From the NCBI GenBank assembly GCA_020438355.1, contig JAGQUT010000008.1:20683-84682 (forward strand): a DNA stretch of 64,000 nt, in the 5' to 3' direction. Within the stretch, counting starts at the first letter, position 1. Every line of letters starts with the position of its first letter. This DNA comes from Solirubrobacterales bacterium. Its GTDB lineage: Bacteria > Actinomycetota > Thermoleophilia > Solirubrobacterales > 70-9. The notes below the pieces were generated by a model. The model searched no databases. It was not told where the DNA came from and saw only the letters and a list, made by a program, of their open reading frames with translations. This document shows positions 53,295 through 64,000 of this stretch, in pieces. The position numbers and the translations under genes are program-made.

Positions 53295-55300
53295 CAGATG
53301 CTCCTGATCAGGAAGTAGACGACGATGGCGAGGATGCCGAAGAGCATCAGGACCGCGTAGCCGCGGAGGAGGCCGGACTGCATGTCACGGACCGCGGCAC
53401 CGGCCGAGCGGGTGATCCCGGCCACACCGGCAGTGGCGCCGTTGATCACGCCCCGCTCAAAGACTCCGTTGCAGAAGCGGCCGAATGCCTTGACCGGATT
53501 GACGATCAGGAAGTCGATGACCTGGTCTCCGTACCACTTGTTCACGCAGAGCGTGTAGACGGCAGAGAAGCGGGAACGAAAGCGTGCCGGCAGGTCGGGC
53601 CGTTTGATGTAGAGCAGCCAGGCGGTGGCGATGCCGGCGATCGAAATCAGGGCGCCCTCGGCGAGACCGGTCCAGGCCTGGCTGACGCTCGGGTGCATGC
53701 CTGCGTAGATCGAATCCTCGAAGGTCGGCTCGAGGAAGTGGGTGATCACTTCGGAAACCCCGGGGATCTGGACCAGGCCGCCTATCAACGCGAGCACGCC
53801 GAGGACTCCCATCGCGAATTTCATGCCGCCGGCCTGCTCGGCGATGTGGTGCTCCTCACCCGGGTAGCCGACCTCGGTGTCCTCGAGCTGGCCGGTTGCC
53901 GGGTTCTTCGGTTCGCCGTGGATCACATGACCGTGCTGCTCCAGGTACTCGGCCTCCTTGCAGGCCGGTCCGGGCAGGATCCGGAAGATGATCCGGAACG
54001 AGTAGATCGCCGTCATGAAGGCGCCGATCAGCATGCCGATCCACATCCAGTCGTACATGCCGCCGCGGAAGTGGGCGAAGTCGATGATCTCGTCCTTCGA
54101 GAACCAGCCCGAGGTTCCCGGGAAACCGGAAAGGGCAAGGGCCCCGATGATCAGCATCGCCGCAGTGAACGGCATCGCCTTGCGGAAGCCCTTCATCTTG
54201 TCGATGTCCTGCATGTTGGCCATCGCCGAGATGATCGATCCGGCCGCCATGAAGAGCAGGGCCTTGAAGAAGGCATGGGTCATCAGATGGAACATCCCTG
54301 CCGAGTAGCCGCCGATGCCGACCGCGACGAACATGTAGCCGATCTGGCTCATGGTCGAGTAGGCGATGATCCGTTTCAGGTCGGTTACCGCGATGGCGAT
54401 CGTGCCGGCGATCAGCAGGGTTGCCAGCCCGACCCAGGCGGCGATGTCAGCAGCGGTGGGCGCCAGTTCGAAGAGCGGGAAGCAGCGGGCGATCAGGTAG
54501 ACACCGGCGGTCACCATGGTTGCCGCATGGATCAGCGAGGAGACCGGGGTCGGGCCTTCCATCGCGTCGGCAAGCCATGTGTGGAACGGCATCTGGGCCG
54601 ACTTGGCGAAGGCGCCAACCAGGAGGCACAGGCAGATCGCCACGATTTCCCATTCATTGACGCTGAAGACCTCGGGGGCCTTCTCGAATACCGCCGTGTA
54701 ATCGACCGAACCGAGGTTCTTGAAGATCAGGATCGCCGCGATGTACAGGCCGATGTCACCGACAACGTTGATCACGAAGGCCTTCATGCCGGCCTTGGTC
54801 GCGGTGTTTCGGCGGTACCAGTAGCTGATCAGCGCGTAGGAAGCGAAACCGACGAGCGCCCAGCCGACGATCAGCATGATGAAGTTGCCGGCCAGGACCA
54901 GAACCAGCATCGAGAAGACGAAGAAGTTCAGGTAGCTGAAGAAGCGGTGGTAGCCCTGATCGGACTTCATGTAGCTGTACGAGTAGATGTGGATCAGGCT
55001 TGAGACACCGGTGACGACCAGCACCATGAAGATCGAAAGCGGATCGACATAGATCCCGAGGTCGATCGTGAAGCCGCCAACCGAGGCGTACTCCCAGAGG
55101 CTTGATGCGACGTGTCGTGACTCGTGGGGCTCACCCTGCAGCCCGATCAGGGCGAGGATTCCGCAGACGAAGGCGGCGACGATCGCGGCGATGCCGACCA
55201 GCCCCGCGGTGCGTTCCGGAAGAACGCGGAAAGTCAGCCCGATCGTCATGGAACCGAGCAGGGGAAACAGCAGGACGAGCCAGGCCCAGGTAGCGGTCAT
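53294..55300 (-). CDS. nuoL: NADH-quinone oxidoreductase subunit L
   Basis: 668 aa; motifs GKSAQMPFHTWLADAMEGPTPVSSLIHAATMV and a long C-terminal amphipathic extension. Confidence 0.95.
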   Translation of the reverse strand: MTATWAWLVLLFPLLGSMTIGLTFRVLPERTAGLVGIAAIVAAFVCGILALIGLQGEPHESRHVASSLWEYASVGGFTIDLGIYVDPLSIFMVLVVTGVSSLIHIYSYSYMKSDQGYHRFFSYLNFFVFSMLVLVLAGNFIMLIVGWALVGFASYALISYWYRRNTATKAGMKAFVINVVGDIGLYIAAILIFKNLGSVDYTAVFEKAPEVFSVNEWEIVAICLCLLVGAFAKSAQMPFHTWLADAMEGPTPVSSLIHAATMVTAGVYLIARCFPLFELAPTAADIAAWVGLATLLIAGTIAIAVTDLKRIIAYSTMSQIGYMFVAVGIGGYSAGMFHLMTHAFFKALLFMAAGSIISAMANMQDIDKMKGFRKAMPFTAAMLIIGALALSGFPGTSGWFSKDEIIDFAHFRGGMYDWMWIGMLIGAFMTAIYSFRIIFRILPGPACKEAEYLEQHGHVIHGEPKNPATGQLEDTEVGYPGEEHHIAEQAGGMKFAMGVLGVLALIGGLVQIPGVSEVITHFLEPTFEDSIYAGMHPSVSQAWTGLAEGALISIAGIATAWLLYIKRPDLPARFRSRFSAVYTLCVNKWYGDQVIDFLIVNPVKAFGRFCNGVFERGVINGATAGVAGITRSAGAAVRDMQSGLLRGYAVLMLFGILAIVVYFLIRSI

Positions 55301-55596
55301 CCCTTGAGCTCCTTCATCTCATCGACGTCAAGCGGCAGGCGACGTCGGTACATGGCGACCACCAGTCCGAGACCGACCACCACTTCACAGGCGGCGACTA
55401 CGAGCACGATCAGCACGAAGACCTGGCCATCCTGGTTTCCGAGCATGCGGCTGAACGCGAGCAGCGCGAGCGCGCCGGCGCTCAGCATCAACTCCAGGCA
55501 GAGCAGGATGACAACCGGATTGCGACGGACGATCACGCCAATCAGACCGACCGTGAAGAGAAGGGCGGAAAGGACGAGGAACCACTCGATGTTCAT
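55297..55596 (-). CDS. nuoK: NADH-quinone oxidoreductase subunit K
   Basis: 99 aa, 3 TM segments; LLCLELMLSAGALA. Confidence 0.95.
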   Translation of the reverse strand: MNIEWFLVLSALLFTVGLIGVIVRRNPVVILLCLELMLSAGALALLAFSRMLGNQDGQVFVLIVLVVAACEVVVGLGLVVAMYRRRLPLDVDEMKELKG

Positions 55597-56138
55597 GAGC
55601 TCTCCCCTCCCTTCGGCAGCTTGTTCGGATCTTCACGCCGGCGTCCGGCCAGCACGATCGCTGCAACGGCCGCGAGCAGCAGCAGGATCGAGGCCGCTTC
55701 GAAGGCGATCAGGAAGTCCTCCATCATCAGGTGACCGACCGCTTCCGGGGTGCCGAAGCCGGCCGGGATGTCATCCGGGCCGGTCGTGCTCAGGGCACTG
55801 AGGCCGGAGCCAACGATGGCGATCGAGATCGCAACGAAAAGGGCGATCGCGGCGATCGGGCCGATCAGCTTGAGTTCAGGCGAGGAATCCCATCTTGGTT
55901 CCTCTATGCCCCCGACATAGGCGGCGACAAAGACGTAGAGAACCATGACCGCGCCGGCGTAAACGACGATCAGGGCGGCGGCCAGGAACTGGGCCATGAG
56001 CAGCAGGAAGATCCCGGCCAGGAAGACCAGGTGGATGACCAGCGCGAGCACGCTGTAGAACGGATTCTTCAGCGCGACAACGGCGATCGCGCCACCAAGG
56101 GCGCCGATCGCGCCGCAGAAGAAGGCAATCTGCTCCAC
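55593..56138 (-). CDS. nuoJ: NADH-quinone oxidoreductase subunit J
   Basis: 181-aa hydrophobic protein in the operon position between nuoI and nuoK. Confidence 0.85.
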   Translation of the reverse strand: MEQIAFFCGAIGALGGAIAVVALKNPFYSVLALVIHLVFLAGIFLLLMAQFLAAALIVVYAGAVMVLYVFVAAYVGGIEEPRWDSSPELKLIGPIAAIALFVAISIAIVGSGLSALSTTGPDDIPAGFGTPEAVGHLMMEDFLIAFEAASILLLLAAVAAIVLAGRRREDPNKLPKGGESS

Positions 56139-56668
56139 TACTCGCCCTCTCCTCTCAGCGGCGTCCGGTCGATCGGCTCGGCAAGGAGCATCTCCTTGGT
56201 GAAGATCAGATCCGAACGGTTGTAGTCGGCCATCTCGTAGTCATGGCCCATGGTGATCGCGTCAAACGGACAGGCGATCTCGCAGTAGCCACAGAAAATG
56301 CAGCGGGCGAGGTTGATTTCGTAGACGGCGGCATAACGCTCGCCACCCGAGACCCGATCCTCGGGATCGTTCTCGGCGGCGACGACACGGATGCACTCGG
56401 CCGGACAGGCGGCGGCGCAGAGCGAGCAGCCGACGCACTTCTCGAGCCCCGAATCCTCGAACTTGTGAAGCTTGTGGCGTCCGCGGAAACGCGGGTAGAC
56501 CGGAGTCTTCTCCTCCGGGTACTGGATCGTCACCGGCTTGTCGAAGAGTCGGCCCATGGTGGTCCTGAGCCCGCGCAGGGTCTCGCCGAAGGCGCGGTAG
56601 GCACCTCCCATGCCGCCCGGCTCGGGGCCGCGCGGAACTACCTTGATCTCATCGGGACGAATGCTCAT
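56138..56668 (-). CDS. nuoI: NADH-quinone oxidoreductase subunit I
   Basis: Two 4Fe-4S ferredoxin motifs, [12 protein letters not shown] and [15 protein letters not shown] 56668 forms an ATGA overlap with the nuoH stop codon. Confidence 0.9.
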   Translation of the reverse strand: MSIRPDEIKVVPRGPEPGGMGGAYRAFGETLRGLRTTMGRLFDKPVTIQYPEEKTPVYPRFRGRHKLHKFEDSGLEKCVGCSLCAAACPAECIRVVAAENDPEDRVSGGERYAAVYEINLARCIFCGYCEIACPFDAITMGHDYEMADYNRSDLIFTKEMLLAEPIDRTPLRGEGE

Positions 56669-57681
56669 GTGGCCACCACCAGGATTGCCGTCACGAGGAC
56701 GTTGAGGGTTGCGAGGGGAAGCAGGATCTTCCAGCCGAAACTCATCAGCTGGTCGTACCGGAAGCGGGGCAGGGTGGCACGGATCCAGATGAAGAACATG
56801 GCCAGCATCCACATCTTGAAAAGCATCCAGATCGGGTCCATCCAGCCGGGGCCGGGGCCCATCCAGCCGCCGAGGAACATGGTCGAGGCGATGCCGGAGA
56901 CGATCAGGATCTCCATGTATTCGGCGAAGAAGTAGGAGCCGAAACGCATGCCGCCGTACTCGGTGCCGTACCCGGCGACCAGCTCGGCATCGGCTTCGGG
57001 AAGGTCGAAGGGCGGACGGTTGGTTTCAGCGAAGCCTCCGACCATGAAGATCAGGAAACCGACGAACTGCGGCACGACGTACCAGACTTCCCCCTGGGCC
57101 TTGACGATGTCGACCAGCGAGAGTGAGCCGGCCATGATCACCACGCCGAGCAGCGCGAGGCCCATCGCGATCTCGTAGGAGATCAGCTGGGCTGCCGCGC
57201 GCATCGCGCCGAGGAATGAGTACTTGGACCCTGATGCCCAGCCGCCGAGCAGCAGACCGTAGAAGGCGATCGAACTGAAGGCGAAGAAGTAGAGAATGCC
57301 GATCGGAACGTCGATCCCGTAGAAGCCGACGTCACCCTTGACGTCACCGAAGGGAAGGATCGCGATCGTGAGGACGGCCGAGATGATGGTCAGGGCCGGA
57401 GCGAGTTCGTAAAGGATCGGGACGGCGCCCTTGGGCCTGAAGGACTGCTTGGAGAGCAGCTTGCCGACGTCGGCGAGAGGCTGCATGATGCCGTATGGCC
57501 CGACCCGGTTGGGGCCGTAGCGCTGCTGGAAACGACCCAGCAACTTGCGTTCGACCAGCAGCAGGATCGGAACGATGTTGAGGATCACGAGGAAGATCAC
57601 GATCGACTTGACGATCATGATCCAGGTGGCATCGACGAAGTTGGTGTCGGCCAGCGGGAGGCCGAGGACGAGACCTGGCAC
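56665..57681 (-). CDS. nuoH: NADH-quinone oxidoreductase subunit H
   Basis: [30 protein letters not shown] and [22 protein letters not shown]. Confidence 0.95.
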   Translation of the reverse strand: MPGLVLGLPLADTNFVDATWIMIVKSIVIFLVILNIVPILLLVERKLLGRFQQRYGPNRVGPYGIMQPLADVGKLLSKQSFRPKGAVPILYELAPALTIISAVLTIAILPFGDVKGDVGFYGIDVPIGILYFFAFSSIAFYGLLLGGWASGSKYSFLGAMRAAAQLISYEIAMGLALLGVVIMAGSLSLVDIVKAQGEVWYVVPQFVGFLIFMVGGFAETNRPPFDLPEADAELVAGYGTEYGGMRFGSYFFAEYMEILIVSGIASTMFLGGWMGPGPGWMDPIWMLFKMWMLAMFFIWIRATLPRFRYDQLMSFGWKILLPLATLNVLVTAILVVAT

Positions 57682-60185
57682 TACCCTCCCCCGTTCCCGT
57701 TTCCGGCCACTACTTCGAGCTTCGGGCTGGCCTTGCCGATCTCGACGACCGCCGGCTTGCCATTTTCCTTGAAGACGTTGGCGTTGCCCTGCTGTGTTCC
57801 TTCCATGAGGAAGCAGGTGCCCTCCGGCAACGCCGCCCTGATCGCGACGAAAGCGTTCACTTCGGTATCGCCGGACCGGACCGATACCTCATCGCCCTTG
57901 CTGAGTCCGAGCCGTTCCGCGTCGGCGATCGAGACCTCGAGGCGCTGGGCCGGAATCAGGTAGTTCAGGGCCGGGCTCAAGTCAGTAGTCGGGTTCGCCC
58001 ACAGATCCCGATAGGTCCCGAGAACCAGTCCCTCGCCGGCGTCGGTAGTCCGGGTTGCGGGATCGGATGTCGCGCTCGAAGGCGCGGTCCCGGCGGAGGC
58101 GGTGACATCGGGTTCCGTGGTCCCCACCCAGGCGCTGGCGGCTTCGCGGTCCTGCCACCGGACTCCCCGGCCACCGATCTCCTGGTCTGTGAGGCCGGCG
58201 TAGAAAGGAACCGCTTCGGTGATCCGCTGGAACGCTTCGGGCACGGCGTGGATACCGGTCTCGTAACCCAGCGCGGCGGCCAGTTCGGCGAGCACGTGCC
58301 AGCCACCCCGGATGTCACCGGGGCGAGCAGCTGCCGGGCGTACGCGCTGCAGGCGGCCCTCGGTGTGAGTGACGGTGCCGTCCTTCTCGGCATGAGACTC
58401 GAGCGGGAATACCACGTCAGCGAACTCGGTGGTGTCGGTCGCAGCCATCGTGAAGTGAACGACGAAATCGGCGTTCTCGAGGGCGCGTCGCCAGCCGTCG
58501 GTGTCGGGGAAATCACGCAGCGGATCAACCCCGTAGAGAATGACCGCCCGGACGTCACCCGATTCGAGTCCGGCCCGGATCGCCTCGACGTCCCGGCCGG
58601 CTTCGACTTCTGCCAGACCCGGGCCGGCGTCGGGCAGGCAACCGACCTCGCGGAGACCGCGGGCATTGGCGACCTCGGGGATCTCGATCAGTCCGGACTC
58701 TTCCTGGCCTGCGAGCCCTAGTTCACCGGTCAGCTCAAGCAGTGATTCGACCGCGGCGGGGCCGTTGTCGCCACGGCCGATGCGCTCACCCCAGATCACC
58801 ACCGTATGTTCGGAGTCCTTGAGCAGTCCGGCGATGCCTTCGCTGGCTCCCGACCTGACCTGATCGAGCAGTCCGGCGAGATACCCGGCGGTGTTCCCGG
58901 GCTTGATCCGCTCGACTTCGCTGGCGCCACCGTCAAGCGCGGAAGGTCGCTCGGTTGCGACGGCGAGGGCGGTCCCGTTGCGGCGAACCGCCTTGCGTAC
59001 CCGGAGGTCGAAGGCAGGTGCCGAGTGGATCGGGTCGGTGCCAAGGACCAGGATCACATCGGCGTGGTCGATGTCGGCGACACGAGCCTGGGTGGCGGGA
59101 TCGTCGAGCCGGACACGCTGGGACCGACCGATCGTGGCTGCCTGGCGGGAATCGATGTCGCTGGAACCGAGGCCGTTCCTGATCAGGTCCTGCAGGATGA
59201 AGGCTTCTTCGTTGGAGGCATCTCCGACCAGTGCGGCAACCTTGCCGTCGGCTGCCGCCAGACCGATCGAGGCGACTTCCAGAGCGGCACCCCAGTCGGC
59301 AGGGACCGGGTGACCGTCAACGTAGCGGAGCGGGTTCATGACCCGGTCCTGGGAGTACATGGCCTGGAATCCGTAGCGGCCGCGATCGCAGAGCCAGCCG
59401 TCATCGACAGCTTCGTTGTCACGGGCCAGCACGCGCTTCACCTGTTCATCCCGGATCGTGAAGCTCACGTTGCACTGGCTCGGGCAGAGGGTGCAGACCG
59501 AGCCGCCCTGCTCGATGTCCCAGGGTCGCGCCTGGAAACGGTAGGTGTAAGAGGTGAGCGCACCAACCGGGCAGAGCTCGGTGATGTTGCCCTGGAACGG
59601 AGCGATGTAGGGGCGGTCGTCGAAAGTGCCGATGTAGGACTCCGCTCCGCGCTCGAGCAACTGGAGCTGGCCGTCCTCGGAGACCTCCTGGCTGAAGCGG
59701 GCGCAGCGGTAACAGAGGATGCAGCGCTCGCGGTCGATCGCGATCAGCGGCGAAAGCGGCACCGGCTTCTCGAAGTGGCGCTTCGTGTCGACCACGCGGC
59801 TGCGGTCGTTGCCCCAGCCCATCGAGATGTCCTGCAACGGGCACTCGCCACCCTTGTCGCAGACCGGACAGTCGAGCGGGTGATTGACGAGGAGGAATTC
59901 GACCACCGCGTTCTGCGCTTCCTTGACCTGCTCGGTGCGGGTGTGGACGACCATGCCGTCCCGGACCGGCGTTGAGCAGGCGGTCTGAAGCTTCGGGATG
60001 CCCTCGATCTCGACCAGACACATACGGCAGGCACCGACCGGCGCACCCAGCTTGGGCTCGTAACAGAAGACCGGGATCTCGATGTCGCCCTGCTTGGCCG
60101 CGTCGACCAGCATCGTTCCCTCGACAGCCTCGATCTCGCGGCCGTCGACGGTGAGGGTGATGAAGTTCTGCTTCGGCGCGGGCAT
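57681..60185 (-). CDS. nuoG: NADH-quinone oxidoreductase subunit G
   Basis: N-terminal 2Fe-2S region (CRMC), His-ligated 4Fe-4S region (HPLDCPVCDKGGECPLQ) and a molybdopterin-like C-terminal domain. Confidence 0.95.
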   Translation of the reverse strand: MPAPKQNFITLTVDGREIEAVEGTMLVDAAKQGDIEIPVFCYEPKLGAPVGACRMCLVEIEGIPKLQTACSTPVRDGMVVHTRTEQVKEAQNAVVEFLLVNHPLDCPVCDKGGECPLQDISMGWGNDRSRVVDTKRHFEKPVPLSPLIAIDRERCILCYRCARFSQEVSEDGQLQLLERGAESYIGTFDDRPYIAPFQGNITELCPVGALTSYTYRFQARPWDIEQGGSVCTLCPSQCNVSFTIRDEQVKRVLARDNEAVDDGWLCDRGRYGFQAMYSQDRVMNPLRYVDGHPVPADWGAALEVASIGLAAADGKVAALVGDASNEEAFILQDLIRNGLGSSDIDSRQAATIGRSQRVRLDDPATQARVADIDHADVILVLGTDPIHSAPAFDLRVRKAVRRNGTALAVATERPSALDGGASEVERIKPGNTAGYLAGLLDQVRSGASEGIAGLLKDSEHTVVIWGERIGRGDNGPAAVESLLELTGELGLAGQEESGLIEIPEVANARGLREVGCLPDAGPGLAEVEAGRDVEAIRAGLESGDVRAVILYGVDPLRDFPDTDGWRRALENADFVVHFTMAATDTTEFADVVFPLESHAEKDGTVTHTEGRLQRVRPAAARPGDIRGGWHVLAELAAALGYETGIHAVPEAFQRITEAVPFYAGLTDQEIGGRGVRWQDREAASAWVGTTEPDVTASAGTAPSSATSDPATRTTDAGEGLVLGTYRDLWANPTTDLSPALNYLIPAQRLEVSIADAERLGLSKGDEVSVRSGDTEVNAFVAIRAALPEGTCFLMEGTQQGNANVFKENGKPAVVEIGKASPKLEVVAGNGNGGG

Positions 60186-61618
60186 CAGCTCGCCCCTCCG
60201 CTCGGGATTGCGCGGCCGGCAAGCCGCTCGCGACGGATCTCCTCGGGACTGGTGCCGCCGGGGCCGGGCTCGTCACCGTTGGCGTTCTCGTCGCGGCCAG
60301 GTGAGTCCGGCCCGTCGAGAGCCGTGTTCCAGGCCTTGGCCGCCTCGGACGCGATCACTTCTTCGAACTCGTCGCGGAACTTGGTCACCATCGAGCTGAC
60401 CGGCATCGCCATCGCGTCACCCAGGACGCAGAGGCAGTGACCCATGATGTTGTCCTGGACTGAGGAAATGATGTCGAGGTCCATCGGGGTGGCCTCGCCC
60501 CTGACTACCCGCTGGAGCATCTTCTCGGTCCAGTTTGTGCCCTCGCGGCATGGAGTGCATTTGCCACAAGACTCGTGACGGTAGAACTTCGCAGTGCGCA
60601 GCGCCATGTGAGGGATCGAGACCGAGTCATCGGCGACGATGATCGATCCGGAGCCGAGCATCGAACCGGCTTCCGCCATTGCCTCGAACGAGTAGGGAAG
60701 GTCCATCTCAGCGGGGGTGAGGACCGGCGAGGACGAACCGCCCGGGTAAAACGCGGTTATCTCGCGACCGTCGAGGGGTCCGCCAGCGAGGCCGTAGATC
60801 AGGTCTCGGAGGGAGACTCCCAGTTCGACCTCGTAGTTGCCTGGCCTCTTGACGCAGCCGGATACCGAGACGACTTTGGTGCCGGGCGACTGTTCGGTCC
60901 CGAAGCTCTTGAACCAGTCGGCACCGTTGGCGACGATGTGGCTGACGTTGCTGAGGGTCTCGACGTTGTTGATCAGGGTCGGTCCGCCGTAGAGGCCCTG
61001 GACCGCCGGGAAGGGCGGCTTGAGGCGCGGGTTTCCTCGCTTGCCTTCGAGCGCATCAAGCAGTGCGGTTTCCTCGCCGCAGATGTAGGCGCCGGCGCCG
61101 CGATGGACGACCAGCTCGAGGTCGAAGCCGGATCCGAGAATGTTCTTGCCGAGGTAGCCGGCCCCGTAGGCCTCCTCGACCGCGCGGTCAAGAATGTCGG
61201 CCTGGTCGTCGTACTCACCCCGGATGAAGATGAAGGCGTGCTCGATGCCGGCGGCGAAGCTGGAAATGATGATGCCCTCGATCAGCTGGTGAGGATTCCG
61301 CTGCATCAGCTCGCGGTCCTTGAACGCTCCGGGCTCAGACTCGTCCGCGTTGCAGCAGAGGTACTTGGCTTCCTCGGTGCGCGGCAGGAAGGAGACCTTC
61401 TTGCCCATCGAGAATCCGGCGCCGCCCCGGCCGCGCAGTCCGGACTCCTCTAGTTCGTTGACGATCCACTCCGGGTCGATCTCTTTCAGGGCCTTCTTCA
61501 GTACCTGGTAGCCCCCGTAGGACTCGTAACCGGCCAGGGTCGCCATCTTTGGATCCTCCGCGTGGCGAAGCAGGACCCGGGTTTCGGTGACCTTGGAGGT
61601 GCCGTTCGATTCACTCAC
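60185..61618 (-). CDS. nuoF: NADH-quinone oxidoreductase subunit F
   Basis: GLRGRGGAGF FMN/NADH site, ESCGKCTPCREG 4Fe-4S site, and an acidic C-terminal extension. Confidence 0.95.
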   Translation of the reverse strand: MSESNGTSKVTETRVLLRHAEDPKMATLAGYESYGGYQVLKKALKEIDPEWIVNELEESGLRGRGGAGFSMGKKVSFLPRTEEAKYLCCNADESEPGAFKDRELMQRNPHQLIEGIIISSFAAGIEHAFIFIRGEYDDQADILDRAVEEAYGAGYLGKNILGSGFDLELVVHRGAGAYICGEETALLDALEGKRGNPRLKPPFPAVQGLYGGPTLINNVETLSNVSHIVANGADWFKSFGTEQSPGTKVVSVSGCVKRPGNYEVELGVSLRDLIYGLAGGPLDGREITAFYPGGSSSPVLTPAEMDLPYSFEAMAEAGSMLGSGSIIVADDSVSIPHMALRTAKFYRHESCGKCTPCREGTNWTEKMLQRVVRGEATPMDLDIISSVQDNIMGHCLCVLGDAMAMPVSSMVTKFRDEFEEVIASEAAKAWNTALDGPDSPGRDENANGDEPGPGGTSPEEIRRERLAGRAIPSGGAS

Positions 61619-62370
61619 TGGTTCGGCCCCTGCCCTTCGGTCACCCGCGGATCAGTTGACTCGGCGACGCCGCCGGCGAGGCCGCGCTTCTCGAGAGCCT
61701 TCCCGGGCAGCACTTCCTCGCCAGCTTCGAGTTGATCGACGATCGTGCCCGCGTCGGCGTTCTCGAGCGGCCCGAAGTAACGCTCGTCAACCGAAGCCAT
61801 CGGGGCGAGGTCGCAGGCACCGAGGCACTCGAAACCCGAAACGAGGATGTTGCCGTCCTCCGAGAGGGCGCCACCGTGACCGGCCGCTTCACGGTCGGCG
61901 CCGGTCTTCTCGCAGAAGGAGTCGAGCAGTTCGTCGCCGCCCCGCATCCAGCAGGCAATGTTGGTGCAGACGAGCACCTGATGCTCGCCCTGCGGGCTGG
62001 TCCTGAGCAGGTCGTAGAAGGAGGCGACCGACTCGAGGTAGGCCGGGGTCACCTGCATCACGCATGCGGCCTGGACGATGCCCTCGGGGGTGCACCAGCC
62101 GTAGCGGCGCTGGATGATCCAGAGCACCGGGATAGCTGCCGACTTCGGGCTGCCCTTGTGGTCGCGGTCCGGGTACTTGTCGACGATGGCCTGAATCTGC
62201 TCGCGCAGGTCCGCGGGCACCTCGACCACTGCCGGATCCGGGATCTGTTCCGGATCGGCGTCGGGGAAGCGTCCCGTCGTGTTGGCCTCGTCCACCGGCA
62301 GGCCCGGCGACACGAAATCTTCCGGTTCCGCGTTACGCGGATCGAAGTCCGAAGGCATCACGGGACTCAT
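61615..62370 (-). CDS. nuoE: NADH-quinone oxidoreductase subunit E
   Basis: 2Fe-2S thioredoxin-like motifs (VCTNIACWMRG, CLGACDLAPM) plus an N-terminal extension. Confidence 0.9.
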   Translation of the reverse strand: MSPVMPSDFDPRNAEPEDFVSPGLPVDEANTTGRFPDADPEQIPDPAVVEVPADLREQIQAIVDKYPDRDHKGSPKSAAIPVLWIIQRRYGWCTPEGIVQAACVMQVTPAYLESVASFYDLLRTSPQGEHQVLVCTNIACWMRGGDELLDSFCEKTGADREAAGHGGALSEDGNILVSGFECLGACDLAPMASVDERYFGPLENADAGTIVDQLEAGEEVLPGKALEKRGLAGGVAESTDPRVTEGQGPNQ

Positions 62371-63680
62371 CGGTCGATGCCTCCGAGAATCGGGTCGAGC
62401 ATTGCCAGGGTCTGGATCAGGTCCGCCACGTACTCGCCGAGCGTCATGTCCCGGAGCGACTGGAGGTTCACGAAGGAGGGCTCGCGGAAGTGGACCCGGG
62501 CCGGCTTTGAAGAACCGTCAGCCATCACGAAGCAGCCCAGCTCTCCACGCGGCGACTCGATCGGGTTGTAGACCTCCCCGGGCTCTACCCGGAAGCCTTC
62601 CGTGACCAGCTTGAAGTGATGGATGAGTGATTCCATCGAGGTCGAGAGCTCGGCCCGCGGTGGCAGGGCGTACTTGCGATCGTCGGCGACCCAGGGACCC
62701 TCGGGCAGGCCGTCAAGGATCTGCTCGACGATCCTCAGCGACTCCTTCATCTCGGCCAGCCTGACCCGGTAGCGGTCATAGCCGTCACCGACGGTGCCGA
62801 CCGGAACATCGAACTCGAGTTCGGGATAGGCGAGGTAGCCGCCTTCCTTGCGGAGGTCCCAGGGCTCGCCGGAGGCTCTGAGCAGCGGGCCCGTTACACC
62901 GAGTTCGAGCAGGCGTTCCCGGCTGACGATGCCAACATCCTTGGTCCTGATCAGGAAGATCTCGTTGTTGTCCAGCAGGGACTCGTACTGACGGATACCG
63001 ATCCGCAGTTGCTCGATCACCCAGCGGACCTTCTTTTCGTATCCGGCCGGAATGTCCTCGGCGACGCCGCCGATCTGGAAGTAACGAGTGTGCATGCGCT
63101 GGCCGGTCGACATCTCGAAGGTGTCAAGCACCCGGTCGCGGTCACGGAAGCAGTAGAAGTAAACGCCCATCGCACCGAGGTCGAGCGCGGTGGTTCCGAG
63201 CCAGACCAGATGTGAGTGGATCCGGTTGAGCTCCATGTGGAGCACCCGCAGCCACTGGGCCCGGGGCGGGACCTCGAGGCCGATCAGCTTCTCGACGGCG
63301 CCGACATAGGCCTGCATGTTGAAGAAGTAGGAGAGGTAGTCCATCCGCTCGACGAAGGGGATGGCCTTCCAGTAGGTCATCGTCTCGCAGGACTTCTCGA
63401 TCCCGGTGTGGACGTAGCCGATGACGGGCTTCAGATCCTTGACGACCTCGCCCTCGAGGTCGACCACGAGCCGGAGCACACCGTGGGTGGCGGGGTGGTG
63501 AGGCCCCATGTTCACGGTAAGCATCTCCTGCTCGGGTTCGAGTTCGAATTCGACGCCGGGCATGCGCTCGGCCAGCTCGTTCGTCAGGTCCGAAACGAGG
63601 ATGCCCTCGTCGCGGAGTTCGCCGGCCTGGCGGATCTCGCGGTCGTGAAGCGTGTCTTCGACCCTCGCCATCACTGCCAC
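62367..63680 (-). CDS. nuoD: NADH-quinone oxidoreductase subunit D
   Basis: [23 protein letters not shown] and DPILGGIDR. Confidence 0.95.
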   Translation of the reverse strand: MAVMARVEDTLHDREIRQAGELRDEGILVSDLTNELAERMPGVEFELEPEQEMLTVNMGPHHPATHGVLRLVVDLEGEVVKDLKPVIGYVHTGIEKSCETMTYWKAIPFVERMDYLSYFFNMQAYVGAVEKLIGLEVPPRAQWLRVLHMELNRIHSHLVWLGTTALDLGAMGVYFYCFRDRDRVLDTFEMSTGQRMHTRYFQIGGVAEDIPAGYEKKVRWVIEQLRIGIRQYESLLDNNEIFLIRTKDVGIVSRERLLELGVTGPLLRASGEPWDLRKEGGYLAYPELEFDVPVGTVGDGYDRYRVRLAEMKESLRIVEQILDGLPEGPWVADDRKYALPPRAELSTSMESLIHHFKLVTEGFRVEPGEVYNPIESPRGELGCFVMADGSSKPARVHFREPSFVNLQSLRDMTLGEYVADLIQTLAMLDPILGGIDR

Positions 63681-64000
63681 CAGCCCGGGTTTGTCACTTC
63701 ATCGCGGGTGAAGATCACCGGTTCGCCACCTACAGGGAAGTCGCGGCGCTGCGGCCAGCCGATGTAGTCCTCGGGCATGAGGATCCGGCGGAGGTCAGGG
63801 TGGCCTTCGAAGAAGATGCCGAAGAAGTCGAAGACCTCACGCTCCTGGAAATCGGCGGTCGGGAAAAGGTCGACCACTGACGGGACCACGGGAAGCGTCT
63901 GCCCGTCAAGTTCCACGGTCGCCGGCTCCGACGCCGGCTGGTTCACCACCGCGGCAGCCTTGTCTGCGACGCTGGCCTCGCTGTCCGAGCCGCCGATGTC
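63671..64000 (-). CDS. nuoC: NADH-quinone oxidoreductase subunit C (5' end beyond the window)
   Basis: [29 protein letters not shown]. The frame stays open upstream of the tracked GTG through to the window edge, so the gene is probably partial here. Confidence 0.85.
   Translation of the reverse strand, partial: DIGGSDSEASVADKAAAVVNQPASEPATVELDGQTLPVVPSVVDLFPTADFQEREVFDFFGIFFEGHPDLRRILMPEDYIGWPQRRDFPVGGEPVIFTRDEVTNPGWWQ

Noticed and set aside
1-64000. Searched by eye for CRISPR arrays, tRNA/rRNA genes, IS transposases, integrases, prophage or toxin-antitoxin/defence gene clusters.
   Set aside because: None found. The only mobile-looking feature is the repeat-flanked DUF559 gene. The AAA ATPase at 656..1759 has no partner genes that would suggest a defence system.

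Overview
The window is visibly GC-rich and reads like core chromosome of an Actinomycetota-type bacterium. The clues are frequent 4-nt ATGA/GTGA start/stop overlaps, apparent leaderless genes, the nrdR-nrdJ pair and the topA-tmk-holB cluster; this taxon call is inference only. About 60 genes are supportable.

Main blocks:
- Nitrogen module: glnK-amt.
- lon followed by an HxlR-family regulator.
- A very tight five-gene minus-strand block: histidine kinase, response regulator, cytochrome P450, UDP-GlcNAc 2-epimerase and a processive GT2 synthase.
- A GT2/DUF2304 pair.
- topA-tmk-holB, then sirC-like and rsgA.
- nrdR-nrdJ, with NrdR boxes upstream.
- A GGDEF/HD-GYP membrane protein.
- A TetR regulator plus a frameshifted DHA2 efflux gene.
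- A DUF1989 protein translationally coupled to a nitrilase-family hydrolase.
- A copper-delivery cluster: SCO1, PCuAC, a cupredoxin-like lipoprotein and cytochrome c.
- An ECF sigma factor coupled to Ogt.
- A double-length ThyX-like gene.
- nuoC (partial) through nuoN.

I found no rRNA, tRNA, CRISPR array, transposase or recognisable defence island, and I cannot point to a clear-cut novel multi-gene system.

The items most worth a second look are:
- the TCS-P450-epimerase-GT2 operon;
- a single DUF559 gene bracketed by about 49-bp hairpin repeats just downstream of the nuo operon;
- an 8-G homopolymer frameshift in the efflux gene, together with a repeated operator motif;
- a 21-bp perfect palindrome abutting a start codon in a 51-bp divergent region;
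- the ECF sigma/Ogt coupling;
- the split-motif tandem ThyX-like protein;
- several unusual domain insertions: 11-mer repeats on a hemolysin-III protein, a Met/His-rich insert in PCuAC, and a P-II protein without Tyr51.

All family calls come from motif recognition by eye. No searches were run.
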